A stretch of 64,000 nt of DNA from a virus (IMGVR_UViG_3300012971_000019:1-64000); one strand, 5' to 3'. Positions 43,877 to 53,510 are shown, numbered from the stretch's first letter. Notes: a model not told the origin generated them from the sequence alone. Numbers and translations: made by a program.

Positions 43877-45115
43877 GTGGCTTACCCTCCCGCATTTCAA
43901 CAGAATGCGTTCAAGCAAGACGCATTCCAAGCGGGGGCGATGTTCACCACATCGCCGTACTCGCTTGGCTCTCCGGTTTTTGCCACACCCGCGTTAATCC
44001 TTCATCTTACGGCTAATAGCTATTCGCTCGGCTCGCCGGTGTTTGCGACGCCGGTATTGACGACGCTTCAACTCGTCCTTCACGCCAATGCCTATACGCT
44101 CGGCTCGCCGGTTTTTGCGCTTCCGATCCTGCAGCAATCGCAGTTCAGCCCGGCGAACTCCTACACGCTGTCGTCACCGGTTTTCTCGACGCCATCGATT
44201 GCGCAGAACCATACGACTAACACCAATGCCTTTGACATCATGCCGCTCGGTTTTGCGGCGCCGGTGCTCGATCAGCAGTATGTTTTCACAGCTACCCAAT
44301 ACGACCTATCGTCGCCGATTTTCGCGTTCCCCTCGCCGCTTGGTCTCGTCGATTGGTGGCTTACGATTGGGCCGTATTCGCTCGGCTCGCTCCTGTTCGC
44401 ACGCCCGCGCTTGCAGGAGCACGTGTTGCCGGGCCCGCCGCCGTTCTTTCTGGAGACCATCAGCGAGGCGACGGCGATCCTCAACGGCATGCTCGCCGAT
44501 CTGCTCGGCAGCGTGCCATCTTCGGCCGGCGCGACCAGTGCCGATCTCCGTCAGCGGGTGGGCGCGTTGCTCGCTACCGCCGACACCGCAATCCGCACCG
44601 GCACGTTGTCAACGCCGCTGTGGGGATGCTTTGAGGCAGCTCGTAAGGCCGGCGCGACCCTCGATGGAATGGATAAGGTGCGGCAGAATTTGCTCGCGCA
44701 AAATCCGCAAAGCAATCCCGCGATTGCGGTTGTCAATGCGGGTGTCACATTTGCGCTGGCCGAGGACGCGAAGATCATCGTGACCCTGACGTTCGTTTCG
44801 CGCCAGGATGTGGATACGATGATGACGCGCATGCAGTTGGCGTTCGAGCCGGCGATCGAGACCGCGGCCGACAGTCTCGATAGTGCCAGTTACCAGACGA
44901 TCCTCGCGCTCTACGGGTCGATAACCAATTGGCTGGCGACCACGCAGTTGCCGCTGCCGCGGATGATCAACCTGACCATGGGTGGGCCCAGCCCGGCTCT
45001 CTGGCTTGCCAATCGCATCTATGGCGACGGGTCGCGCTACGATGAGCTGATCGCTGAGAACAACGTGGTGCATCCTGCGTTCATGCGGCGTGAAGTGCGC
45101 GCCCTGAGTGCCTGA
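43877..45115 (+). CDS. repeat protein fused to DNA circularisation protein C-terminal domain
   Basis: about seven Y[ST]LGSPVFAxP repeats, then LPRM...PALWLANRIYGDGSRYDELIAENNVVHPAFM. Confidence 0.8.
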   Translation: MAYPPAFQQNAFKQDAFQAGAMFTTSPYSLGSPVFATPALILHLTANSYSLGSPVFATPVLTTLQLVLHANAYTLGSPVFALPILQQSQFSPANSYTLSSPVFSTPSIAQNHTTNTNAFDIMPLGFAAPVLDQQYVFTATQYDLSSPIFAFPSPLGLVDWWLTIGPYSLGSLLFARPRLQEHVLPGPPPFFLETISEATAILNGMLADLLGSVPSSAGATSADLRQRVGALLATADTAIRTGTLSTPLWGCFEAARKAGATLDGMDKVRQNLLAQNPQSNPAIAVVNAGVTFALAEDAKIIVTLTFVSRQDVDTMMTRMQLAFEPAIETAADSLDSASYQTILALYGSITNWLATTQLPLPRMINLTMGGPSPALWLANRIYGDGSRYDELIAENNVVHPAFMRREVRALSA

Positions 45116-45117
45116 TC

Positions 45118-46221
45118 ATGGCGTTCAAACCGCAAGAGATCGCGGAGCTGTTTGTCGGTGGTGATGTCTACCGCGATTGGGAAAGTGTGCTCGTCAAGCA
45201 TCAGTATGGTGCGACCTTCGCCTGGTTTCGGTTCACCTGCAGCGAGGGGGTACCGCTCGCGAAGAACTTTGCCAAGCTTCGCATCCGGCCCGGCGACGAT
45301 GTTAGTATCCAGCTTGCGGGTATTCCGGCGATCATCAACGGCAAAGTCTATTCCCGGCAGGTGAGCTATAGTGCGCGGCACCACCACATCGAAATCCAGG
45401 GCGTATCGTTTTCTCACGTGTTGAACCAAGGCTCCGTTGTCAACAAAACAGGTGAGTGGAAAAACGCCACCTGGGAACAGATCGCGCGTGCCGTGATGGC
45501 ACCGTTTGGCGTTCCGCTCCGTATAGTAGGAGGTTTGCCTGGTGGTTTGTTCAAACGTATCCATGTCCAACCGGGAGAGAACGCGGCTGAGCTGATCGAA
45601 AGATTGGCCAGGGTAAAGGGTATTGTTCTCGGCAGTGATGGGTCCCGCGACTTGATCGCGACCTCGGGCTTGACGGCTATCGGCATGGATCAGGTCGTCG
45701 AAGGCCAGAACATCCTGGAGGCTCGCGAGATTCTCACAGACAACAGGCCCGAGGGCGGCAATCTCGCTGCTCGTAGTCAGCTCCCCGGCTCCGACGATGA
45801 ATCGATGACGAAAGTTGCCCACCAGCTATTTCAGAAAATGACTCCAACGGGTGGGGTGCTTTTCGGCACCAAGAGCCCGGCCTTGACGAGCCTCACGGAG
45901 GCTGAGGTCCCGTCGAACATGCCGGATTTGTCGAGCCGCAACGATCAAGAAAACTGGGCGCGGAATAACGACCAAATCCATCTCGACATTGTCGTGCAGG
46001 GATGGCTCCGGCCGCGCGGCGGTTTGTGGATTGTCGGCCAGCAGGTTTATGTCTGGTCGCCGATGCTGATCATGGATCAAAGCCTATGGCTCAAGAGCGT
46101 GACGTTCACGCAGGATAACCAGGGCGGCACGCGATCGACGCTGGAATTGGTCAACTTGCTCGGACAACCTGGCAGTGACCTCAGTCCGGGTAGTGGTGGG
46201 TCAGAAACCGAATCGACGTGA
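45118..46221 (+). CDS. baseplate hub (Mu gp44/gpP-like)
   Basis: YRDWESV.V...PGDDVSI...HVQPGENAAELIERLAR. Confidence 0.88.
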   Translation: MAFKPQEIAELFVGGDVYRDWESVLVKHQYGATFAWFRFTCSEGVPLAKNFAKLRIRPGDDVSIQLAGIPAIINGKVYSRQVSYSARHHHIEIQGVSFSHVLNQGSVVNKTGEWKNATWEQIARAVMAPFGVPLRIVGGLPGGLFKRIHVQPGENAAELIERLARVKGIVLGSDGSRDLIATSGLTAIGMDQVVEGQNILEAREILTDNRPEGGNLAARSQLPGSDDESMTKVAHQLFQKMTPTGGVLFGTKSPALTSLTEAEVPSNMPDLSSRNDQENWARNNDQIHLDIVVQGWLRPRGGLWIVGQQVYVWSPMLIMDQSLWLKSVTFTQDNQGGTRSTLELVNLLGQPGSDLSPGSGGSETEST

Positions 46222-46233
46222 GGGGAAAATCAA

Positions 46234-47130
46234 GTGCGATCGAATATCACTGATGCTGCGCGTCGCGCGCAGGCGAGTCTCTCGCGTGTCACGGTGCGCA
46301 AGGTCGATGATGATCACAATTGGCAAGAAGCCGATGTCGATGTGTATCACTCGGAGACCCATACCGGGATCGAGCGCATTCATCACTACGGATTCACCGC
46401 GGTACCGGTAAAGCAGGATCAGGAGCAACAGGAACAGGGCACCTCGACCAGCAGCGCCAACGATGGGCAGTTCAATGAGAACCAACCCAAGGGTCCATGC
46501 GCCGAGGGCGTCGTTGCATATCTCAATGGATCGAGGTCGCACCCGGTTCTCATCGGCATCGACGATCGGCGCTACCGCCCCTATGGCCTCAAGGAGGGCG
46601 AAAGCTTTCAGTACGATCAATATGGCCAGGGCACGTTGATCAAGAATACCGCCACCTATCTCCTCTCGCTCGACGACGAGCAACAGGGCGGCGGCGGTGG
46701 TGGTGGCGGCGGTGGTGGTGGGGGAGGCGGTCAGCAGCAGCAGACGCGCTTCGCTTCGCTGCGTCACGTCAACAAGCAGAAGCAAAAGCGCAAGGGCAAC
46801 CTCTCGAACTACGGTCAGCAGCAGGGCGGTGGCGGCGGTGGGGGCGGTGGCGGTGGCGGCGGTGGGCAACAGCAGGAATACAAGCACGAGGGCGACTCAG
46901 TCAATCACGAGGTCCGCGTCACTAAGGGCCGCATCGAGTTTCGCTCGGGCGACACGGTCGTCGGCTACTACGACGGCCAGAGCAAGACCTGGGTGTTTTC
47001 CGGCAACGTAAAGCTCGGCTCGGAGAACGCGAACAAGCCGGTCGTCGTGCAGGGCGACAACTTCGCGGATGTGAACCAGAAGCAGGTTCTCGCCCATGCC
47101 GGGACGCAAGACCCCAATCTCGTCCGATGA
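46234..47130 (+). CDS. baseplate spike (Mu gp45-like) with two poly-Gly/Gln tracts
   Basis: IERIHHYGFTAVP, GSRSHPVLIGIDDRRYRP..LKEGES..YDQYG. Confidence 0.88.
   Translation: MRSNITDAARRAQASLSRVTVRKVDDDHNWQEADVDVYHSETHTGIERIHHYGFTAVPVKQDQEQQEQGTSTSSANDGQFNENQPKGPCAEGVVAYLNGSRSHPVLIGIDDRRYRPYGLKEGESFQYDQYGQGTLIKNTATYLLSLDDEQQGGGGGGGGGGGGGGGQQQQTRFASLRHVNKQKQKRKGNLSNYGQQQGGGGGGGGGGGGGGQQQEYKHEGDSVNHEVRVTKGRIEFRSGDTVVGYYDGQSKTWVFSGNVKLGSENANKPVVVQGDNFADVNQKQVLAHAGTQDPNLVR
46681..46875. repeat. two GGC/GGT trinucleotide tracts flanked by CAG codons
   Basis: QQGGGGGGGGGGGGGGQQQQ at 46681-46743 and a similar tract at 46816-46875. Confidence 0.9.
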
Positions 47131-47627
47131 CCGACATCCGCATCGTCAACATCACGAATCTGAGCGGCACGACGGCGGACTGGGCTCTGACGCCGCTCGG
47201 TCTGCTTGACGAGAGCCAGGAGCTGGTGAACGCCATCAGGGTTGCCTTGATGACGGATATGCTTGCCGGGCCCACCGAGATTTTGCCCGACCCCGACAGC
47301 ACCGATCGCCGCGGTTGGTGGGGCGACTTCGACGCCGATGTGATCTGGGGCGGCTGGCCGATCGGCTGCAAGAACTGGCTGCTCACGCGCGCCAAGATCA
47401 GCGACTCGGGCGCGGGTGAAGGCGCCACGCTCGCGCGCGCGGAGGATTACACGCGCCAGGCCATGCGGCCGTTCCTCGACAAGAAACTCGCGAGCCGCAT
47501 CGAGGTTTCGGCCTCGCGCGTCAGCATCGAGCGCATCGAAGTGTCGATCACCGTCTATCGTGGGCCGAAGCAAGCCATCGAACTAAGGTACCAAAGCCTG
47601 TGGGATGATTTCGTAGCCGGGAAATAA
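47127..47627 (+). CDS. baseplate protein (Mu gp46-like)
   Basis: DRRGWWGD, GCKNWLLTRAK, AEDYTRQAMRP. Confidence 0.92.
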   Translation: MTDIRIVNITNLSGTTADWALTPLGLLDESQELVNAIRVALMTDMLAGPTEILPDPDSTDRRGWWGDFDADVIWGGWPIGCKNWLLTRAKISDSGAGEGATLARAEDYTRQAMRPFLDKKLASRIEVSASRVSIERIEVSITVYRGPKQAIELRYQSLWDDFVAGK

Positions 47628-47630
47628 ACG

Positions 47631-48722
47631 ATGCCCTGGAGCACGCCGACTCTCCGAGCCGTCCGCCAGATGGTGCGGGACGACGTGACTGCTGCGCTCA
47701 AGGGCGCCGCGATGGTTGCCAACAATGCGCTGCGCGTGATGTCCGACGCGCAGGGCGGTCTTGCGCACCTGATCCTGCGCTACATCGATTGGCTCGCCAA
47801 GCAGCTCTTGCCCGACACTGCCGAGACCGAATGGCTCGACCGGCACGGCAACATCTGGCTGGTCAATTCGGATGGCACGATCGGTCGCAAGGGGGCGACC
47901 TACGCCGAGGGCACGGCGAACTTCAGCGGTCTGCAGGGCCAGGTCATCCCGATCTATACGCAGCTCCTCGCGGCCAACCTGAACTTCCAGACCTCGGAAG
48001 AGATCACCCTCGGCGACGGGGCGACCGAGGGGGCCATCGAGGCGCTCGATGCCGGCGCCGCCGGGAACCTGCCGCCTGGCGCCAACATGTCGTTTGCCGT
48101 GGCTATGAGCGGCGTGGATACGACGATCACGGTGGTCGAGCTGGTGGGCGGGACCGACGAGGAAACCGATGACCAGCTTCGCGCGCGCGTCCTGGAGCGC
48201 ATCCAGAGGCCACCCATGGGTGGCGACGCGGACGATTATGTCCAATGGACCCTGGCCGTCCCCGGGGTGACGCGGGCCTGGTGCGCGCCCAAGGAGATGG
48301 GCATGGGCACGGTCACCGTCCGTTTCATGTGCGATGCTCTGCGCGCCTCGAACGGCGGCTTCCCGCTGCAGCAGGATGTCGATGCCGTCACGGCCTATCT
48401 CAATCAGAAGCGACCGGTGGCCGTGCGCGATTTTTTCGTCGAGATACCGATCGCCGAACCGATCCCCTACACGCTCCACATCATCAACGATAGCCTTTCG
48501 ATCCGCCAGCAGACCGAGCAGAGCGTCGCGGCGATGCTGTTCGAGCGCGCGTCGCCTGCCTATTCGTTCAGCGGCATCCTGCAGCCTGCGCAGACGATCT
48601 ACGCCGCCTGGGTGAGCGAGGCGATCAGTCGGGTGATCAGCGAGTTTGATCTGACGATGGTCGATCACGTCATGCCGAATCACGGCGCTCTCGCCGTGCC
48701 CGGCACAGTGACCTACGTGTGA
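47631..48722 (+). CDS. baseplate J / Mu gp47-like
   Basis: LPDTAETEWLDRH, GGTDEETDDQLRARV...PPMGG..DDY..W. Confidence 0.94.
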   Translation: MPWSTPTLRAVRQMVRDDVTAALKGAAMVANNALRVMSDAQGGLAHLILRYIDWLAKQLLPDTAETEWLDRHGNIWLVNSDGTIGRKGATYAEGTANFSGLQGQVIPIYTQLLAANLNFQTSEEITLGDGATEGAIEALDAGAAGNLPPGANMSFAVAMSGVDTTITVVELVGGTDEETDDQLRARVLERIQRPPMGGDADDYVQWTLAVPGVTRAWCAPKEMGMGTVTVRFMCDALRASNGGFPLQQDVDAVTAYLNQKRPVAVRDFFVEIPIAEPIPYTLHIINDSLSIRQQTEQSVAAMLFERASPAYSFSGILQPAQTIYAAWVSEAISRVISEFDLTMVDHVMPNHGALAVPGTVTYV

Positions 48723-48723
48723 G

Positions 48724-49437
48724 ATGGCGCAGCAGCTCCAGCCGCTCGATCGCCACGTTCGCCGCGGACAGGATGAGTACTTCGTAGCGCTCGAAGAATT
48801 GCTGCCGTACGGCATCGCGTGGCCGCGCGATCCGACGACGGTGATCATGACCATCGTCTACGGGCTCGCGGGCGTCCTCGGGTTTGTCGATGGGCGAGCG
48901 GCGGACCTGCTCGAACGTGAGAGCGACCCGCGCATCACGACCGAGCTGCTGCCCGACTGGGAGCGCAATTGGGGTCTCCCGGACCCGTGCTATGCCGAGC
49001 CGTTATCGATCGGCGATCGGCAAAAAGCGCTCGTGCAGCGGATAACGATCATCGGCGGCCAGTCACGCCAGTTCTTCATCGATGCGGCTGCGTTCATCGG
49101 CTACATCATCACCATCCAAGAATTCCGGCCGTTCATGGTCGGGATCGATCGCTGCGGCGACAATCGAAAGCTGCTCGCCGACGGCTCGCTCGGTCCATGG
49201 CCGAATGACGGCATCGGCGATCCTGCAATGCGGTTTTATTGGTGGGTTCACGTGCACCGTGTTCGGCTCACCTGGTTCCGCTGTTCGAAAGGTCAATGCG
49301 GTGTCGATCCGCACCTGCGCATTGCGCGCGCGACCGATCTCGAATGTTTGCTCAAGCGCTGGTCCCCGGCGCACACCGAACCGCTGTTCGATTATTCCGG
49401 CGTCATCCCGCCTGATCCATTGGCGGGGACACCTTGA
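48724..49437 (+). CDS. baseplate wedge (Mu gp48/YmfQ-like)
   Basis: LLPYGIAWP, ELLPDWERNWGLPDPC, PAHT. Confidence 0.9.
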   Translation: MAQQLQPLDRHVRRGQDEYFVALEELLPYGIAWPRDPTTVIMTIVYGLAGVLGFVDGRAADLLERESDPRITTELLPDWERNWGLPDPCYAEPLSIGDRQKALVQRITIIGGQSRQFFIDAAAFIGYIITIQEFRPFMVGIDRCGDNRKLLADGSLGPWPNDGIGDPAMRFYWWVHVHRVRLTWFRCSKGQCGVDPHLRIARATDLECLLKRWSPAHTEPLFDYSGVIPPDPLAGTP

Positions 49438-49449
49438 AGGAGGGATACC

Positions 49450-50763
49450 TTGCAATATAACCAACCCTACGGCGTGAGCGACCCCAACGCCAGCTATGTC
49501 AACGGCAACCCGGCGATCGGCGTCGAGGGCTCGATCCCGCCCGCGTCATCGATTGAGTACGACCAACGTGAGATCGTCGAGGTCATCAATTGGGCTTGGC
49601 AAAACGGATTGCCGGGATGCAATGCGCCGACAAACGCCGACCTCACGCAGCTACGCAAGGCGATCCAGGGGTTTCTCCAGGCTCGCTATATCGACACGCA
49701 CATCACGAAAACCGTGCATGGTGCTGGCGCGGATTTTGCTAATCTACAGTCGGCGCTTGAATGGCTCGGCCAATATATCATCACGCCGAACGGCCAGGTT
49801 ACCTTTCTGGTTACCAATTCCAAGACGGCTCCAGGTCAGGTAAACTCGTGGGTCTATACGCAAACAATTGAAATCAATCACGCCAACTCCAATCGCGTCA
49901 TTATATCGGGATACCCTTTGATGGCGGCATCGCCAGACCCGGCTAACATCTCGGTAACTGGCTATCACCTGCCGGGGGACGGCACGAACCAAATTAATTA
50001 TCTTAGAGGTATCTATGCCACCGAGTTAAGCTTCTCCGGTGGCGTGACGGGCTTTATGGTCTTTCGAGATGGCTGCACACTGCGCAATTTGTTGATTACC
50101 GGATCGCAGACAGTTGGCCCCAATCCATATGACGGGAATGGTATTTTTGCCCGCGGCGAGATTAGGTTGGATGGCATTTCAATTTGGGGTTTTGGTGGCA
50201 ATGGTATGGCGGCTGTAGAAGGGTCGATTGTTTGTTCAAGCTCGCTTTCTGTGTGCTCGCTATTTAATGGTTATGGCGGTGTGTACTTAGAAAATGCTTA
50301 TGCGTTCTTCACCCCTACCGATCACACAAGCTTTTGCAGCAATTCCCAAGCGGGGGTACTTTTGTGGGGAGGTGCTCTTATGGGTGTCGGCCATCTTGAT
50401 GTTCGCGGGAACAACAACATTGGCTGCACGATTTCGAACGGCTCAGAACTGGTCAGTTTAGCTGGCGGTGTGATCCACTTAAACAACGGAATGGGCATAA
50501 ATCTTAGAGGATCAGCAACGTGTTCTTGCCCATACCACACGATTACAAACAACGCTGGTTGGGGGGCTATCTCCGATGGCGGGACCTTGTATATTGATCA
50601 CAGCTCGTTTGCTGGTAATGCGAGTGGCGATCTTATTTCGATTGGCTATGGGTTTATGAACGCCGTCGCTTCCACGGGGACCAATACGGGAGGCACGCCG
50701 TTTTTAGGCAATCCGGCTAATACCTTTAGCGTTGCCAATGCCGGTGGATACATCCAATTCTGA
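49450..50763 (+). CDS. tail fibre/tailspike with probable beta-helix receptor-binding domain
   Basis: TTG start; QYNQPYG..DPNASY.NGNP...QREIV N-terminus; Gly/Asn-rich lower-GC C-terminus. Confidence 0.8.
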   Translation: MQYNQPYGVSDPNASYVNGNPAIGVEGSIPPASSIEYDQREIVEVINWAWQNGLPGCNAPTNADLTQLRKAIQGFLQARYIDTHITKTVHGAGADFANLQSALEWLGQYIITPNGQVTFLVTNSKTAPGQVNSWVYTQTIEINHANSNRVIISGYPLMAASPDPANISVTGYHLPGDGTNQINYLRGIYATELSFSGGVTGFMVFRDGCTLRNLLITGSQTVGPNPYDGNGIFARGEIRLDGISIWGFGGNGMAAVEGSIVCSSSLSVCSLFNGYGGVYLENAYAFFTPTDHTSFCSNSQAGVLLWGGALMGVGHLDVRGNNNIGCTISNGSELVSLAGGVIHLNNGMGINLRGSATCSCPYHTITNNAGWGAISDGGTLYIDHSSFAGNASGDLISIGYGFMNAVASTGTNTGGTPFLGNPANTFSVANAGGYIQF

Positions 50764-50776
50764 TGGAGGTGCTCAA

Positions 50777-50962
50777 ATGGTGCTGCCGGTAACCGTTGCC
50801 CCGGATATGAAGTGTACCCTCTGCGGTGCGATATGGATACAGATGGTTCCTGCGTGCTCGCACACCGAGGCGGAATGGGACGCCTATAAGACCGCGAACA
50901 GTCTGTCCGATCCCTATCGGCGCTGGACCGACCCGCCGCCGGCCAAGGAAAAAGCAGAATGA
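50777..50962 (+). CDS. small hypothetical protein
   Basis: GGAGG RBS; CTLCG...CSH. Confidence 0.55.
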   Translation: MVLPVTVAPDMKCTLCGAIWIQMVPACSHTEAEWDAYKTANSLSDPYRRWTDPPPAKEKAE

Positions 50963-51156
50963 ATGATGGACCGTCGTTAGCGGACGTGGTGCGCGAAGCG
51001 ATCGACCGCGGCGCCGACGAATACGTGCGCGGGCTGGTCAAGGTCTATATGGCCGAGCACGACGCCGATGATCGGTTCGTCGAAGGCTTGCGCAAGCTGA
51101 AGCAACGGCACACCGCCATGGTCGCATTGGTCGCGCAGGTGTTCGCGGGAGATTAA
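50959..51156 (+). CDS. hypothetical protein
   Basis: coupled helical ORF. Confidence 0.55.
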   Translation: MNDGPSLADVVREAIDRGADEYVRGLVKVYMAEHDADDRFVEGLRKLKQRHTAMVALVAQVFAGD

Positions 51157-51159
51157 CGA

Positions 51160-51441
51160 ATGGCGGGTCCAGTCGAGGAGGCTGGCAAGGTCGCGACGAC
51201 GGTGGTCACCTCGCTCAAGGAGAGCCCGACCGTCCTGGCGATGACGATCTTCAATGTTTTGTTCCTTGGGTTCGTCCTGTGGTCGACGATGGAGGAGCGC
51301 GACTGGCGTGAGCGCGTCGTCCAGATGATGGTCAACCAGCAAAGCGAGTCGGCCAAGCTGCTTTATCAGTGCGTTCCCTACGACCAGGTGCAAAAGTTGT
51401 TCACGACCATCAGAGATTCGACGAAGGACTGGAAACCATGA
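51160..51441 (+). CDS. putative holin / single-TM lysis protein
   Basis: PTVLAMTIFNVLFLGFVLW TM directly upstream of endolysin. Confidence 0.55.
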   Translation: MAGPVEEAGKVATTVVTSLKESPTVLAMTIFNVLFLGFVLWSTMEERDWRERVVQMMVNQQSESAKLLYQCVPYDQVQKLFTTIRDSTKDWKP

Positions 51442-52436
51442 TCCCGGTCGAGGATCGTCCGACGCTCCAGCTCGGTGACAGCGGGCCGGATGTCGAAGAC
51501 TTGCAGCGCATGCTGCCGCGTTTCGATGGCGAGATCGATGGCGACTTCGGCGGCATTACCGAGGAAGCCGTGCTCGATTATCAGCGCACGCGCGGGCTCT
51601 ACGTCGATGGCATCGTCGGCCAGGAGACCTGGACGGCGCTTTATCAGCACAAGCTGCCGCTCCCGCCGCCGGCTCCCCCGCCGCCTGCGCTGACGGACGC
51701 GCAGCAGGAAACGATCAAGCGCATCGCCACCGAGTCGCGCATTGCCCAGTACGATTGGGAGGATCGCGGCGTCGCGCCGACCGGCTACATCCAGGGCATG
51801 GCACTCGCGTTCGCGCAGACGTACCGCAAGCTCAAGGTCGACCATCCGGCGGCGATCGAGATGGCCAGGGCGCGGACCTCATCGGATCAGGACGCCCTCA
51901 ATCTCTATCGCGACGAATTCGATGGCCTCGACATGTCGAACGAGACGAGCGGCATCGATACGCTGCGGCATCTCTACGTCATGATGCTCGGCAGCGGCAT
52001 GCGGGAAAGCTCGGGGCGCCACTGCGAGGGCCGCGACATGAGCGCGGAGAACGTCGAGGCCGATACGTGCGAGGCGGGATTATTCCAGACCAGCTACAAC
52101 GCGCACGGCGCCAGCGATCCCCAGTTCACCGACTTGATGGACGAATACTCGAGCCCGGTCAACGAGGCGACGTGCTACCTCGACGCCTTCGCCGAGGATG
52201 TGGAATGCAGCGAGTCCGAATGGAGCAACTACGGCAGCGGGCTCGGCGCGCAGTTCCAGGAGCTGTGCAAGGTCTGTCCCGCTTTCGCGGTCGAGACGCA
52301 CGGATTGACGCTGCGAAATTTGTGCTCGCACTACGGGCCATGCATCAGGATGGAGATCGAGCTGCGCCCCGAGGCCGATCGGATGTTCCGCATCGTGCAG
52401 GACTTCATCGACGAGTCCGAGCCCTTGGTCGCTTAA
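51438..52436 (+). CDS. endolysin: PG-binding domain + lysozyme-like catalytic domain
   Basis: TLQLGDSGPDVEDLQ...DGIVGQETW (PG_binding_1); MRESSG...EAGLFQTS. Confidence 0.85.
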   Translation: MIPVEDRPTLQLGDSGPDVEDLQRMLPRFDGEIDGDFGGITEEAVLDYQRTRGLYVDGIVGQETWTALYQHKLPLPPPAPPPPALTDAQQETIKRIATESRIAQYDWEDRGVAPTGYIQGMALAFAQTYRKLKVDHPAAIEMARARTSSDQDALNLYRDEFDGLDMSNETSGIDTLRHLYVMMLGSGMRESSGRHCEGRDMSAENVEADTCEAGLFQTSYNAHGASDPQFTDLMDEYSSPVNEATCYLDAFAEDVECSESEWSNYGSGLGAQFQELCKVCPAFAVETHGLTLRNLCSHYGPCIRMEIELRPEADRMFRIVQDFIDESEPLVA

Positions 52437-52536
52437 AAGTTTCGGCGCGATCCCTCGCGTCGTCCGAGCCCACCTGGAGCTACCAAAACCTATCTGCCCC
52501 GGTTCCAGAGTGGGGTTTTCCTCCCTTGAGCCTCGC

Positions 52537-52564
52537 GCCGCCCCTTCGGGGGCGGCCTTTTTTT
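52537..52564 (+). terminator. intrinsic terminator ending the late operon
   Basis: GCCGCCCC-TTCG-GGGGCGGC-C-TTTTTTT. Confidence 0.9.
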
Positions 52565-52832
52565 ATGGCATCAGTGGGCCGAGCAGGAACCAATGTTGTC
52601 GTGTGCTCTCCTGATTGCATGGGTTCGGCGTCGGCGACCCGAGCCCGAGCTTGCTTTTATCGAAGGCTTGCCAGTCGCCGCCGGGCGGGCGGATGGTCGC
52701 ATTGGCGAACCGCACGACCTCGGCCTCGGTCATTGTGAGCGGCGCGCAGACCGAGCACGAGACGTTGAGCAGCGACGCGAAGATCACCGGCTCATCCGGT
52801 GAGGTCAGCGTGATGTGGTCGTGGCGGATCAT
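52563..52832 (-). CDS. hypothetical protein
   Basis: CSVCAP...PNPCNQ..RQHWFL. Confidence 0.6.
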   Translation of the reverse strand: MIRHDHITLTSPDEPVIFASLLNVSCSVCAPLTMTEAEVVRFANATIRPPGGDWQAFDKSKLGLGSPTPNPCNQESTRQHWFLLGPLMP

Positions 52833-53008
52833 TTGTTGTTGTCCTTTTCCAGGTCATCGACGAACTCGCGGATCGTTCGGCAGAACTCGACGACCTCGCG
52901 ACCGCTCGCCGCTTGGCCTGGGAAGCGGGTGAGAAGTTCCTTGCGCGCCTGCCGCGTTGCCTCGGCCGCGATCGTCATGGCGTGGGAGGCGAACTGGACT
53001 CGGGTCAC
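52829..53008 (-). CDS. hypothetical protein
   Basis: GTG start overlapping upstream stop. Confidence 0.5.
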   Translation of the reverse strand: MTRVQFASHAMTIAAEATRQARKELLTRFPGQAASGREVVEFCRTIREFVDDLEKDNNK

Positions 53009-53301
53009 GTGTGTCCCACCGTCTCGGGCTGGCCTTCGAAGCGCTTGATCTGCTCCTTGAGCAGCGTCACCACGTCCTCGCGCACCGCATTGCTCATGTA
53101 ATTGCACCGACCAGGGCCCGCGTCGAAGGGGAACACCATCAGCACCCAGCCGACCGTTTTCTCTTTCGGTGAGTCGTCATTGAAAAAACGATCGAGCGCC
53201 ATGGCGACCGATTTCATCTGGTCGCGATAAGCTTCCTCGATCGGGGCGTCCCCGATGGTGTGCCCCTCGCCTTGCCGGCGTCGTCGGCGCCGCTGTCTCA
53301 T
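53005..53301 (-). CDS. conserved phage hypothetical protein
   Basis: DAPIEEAYRDQM...GWVLMVFPF...CNYMSNA.REDVV.LLKEQI.RFEG. Confidence 0.7.
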   Translation of the reverse strand: MRQRRRRRRQGEGHTIGDAPIEEAYRDQMKSVAMALDRFFNDDSPKEKTVGWVLMVFPFDAGPGRCNYMSNAVREDVVTLLKEQIKRFEGQPETVGHT

Positions 53302-53510
53302 CCCTTGGGCTCCTGGCATAGGTGCTCATCGCCGCCAACCAGCGGCCCGTGGAATTCGATCGTGAGGTCGGGGCCGACGCTGACGCGCCAGCTCTTGTGA
53401 TAGAACCCGCCCGTTGACGTGTGCGTGGTCTCCACGAAGTCGCGGGCCTGGTCTTCCAGGTCTTTGTAGGACGAATAGTCGAGATGCAGATATAGCACGG
53501 TCATGGTCAT
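53298..53510 (-). CDS. hypothetical protein
   Basis: coupled ORF, GGFYHKSWRV. Confidence 0.6.
   Translation of the reverse strand: MTMTVLYLHLDYSSYKDLEDQARDFVETTHTSTGGFYHKSWRVSVGPDLTIEFHGPLVGGDEHLCQEPKG

Noticed and set aside
41775-50763. Diversity-generating retroelement or invertible tail-fibre switch
   Set aside because: No reverse transcriptase, no TR/VR repeat pair differing at adenines, and no serine invertase or flanking inverted sites seen.
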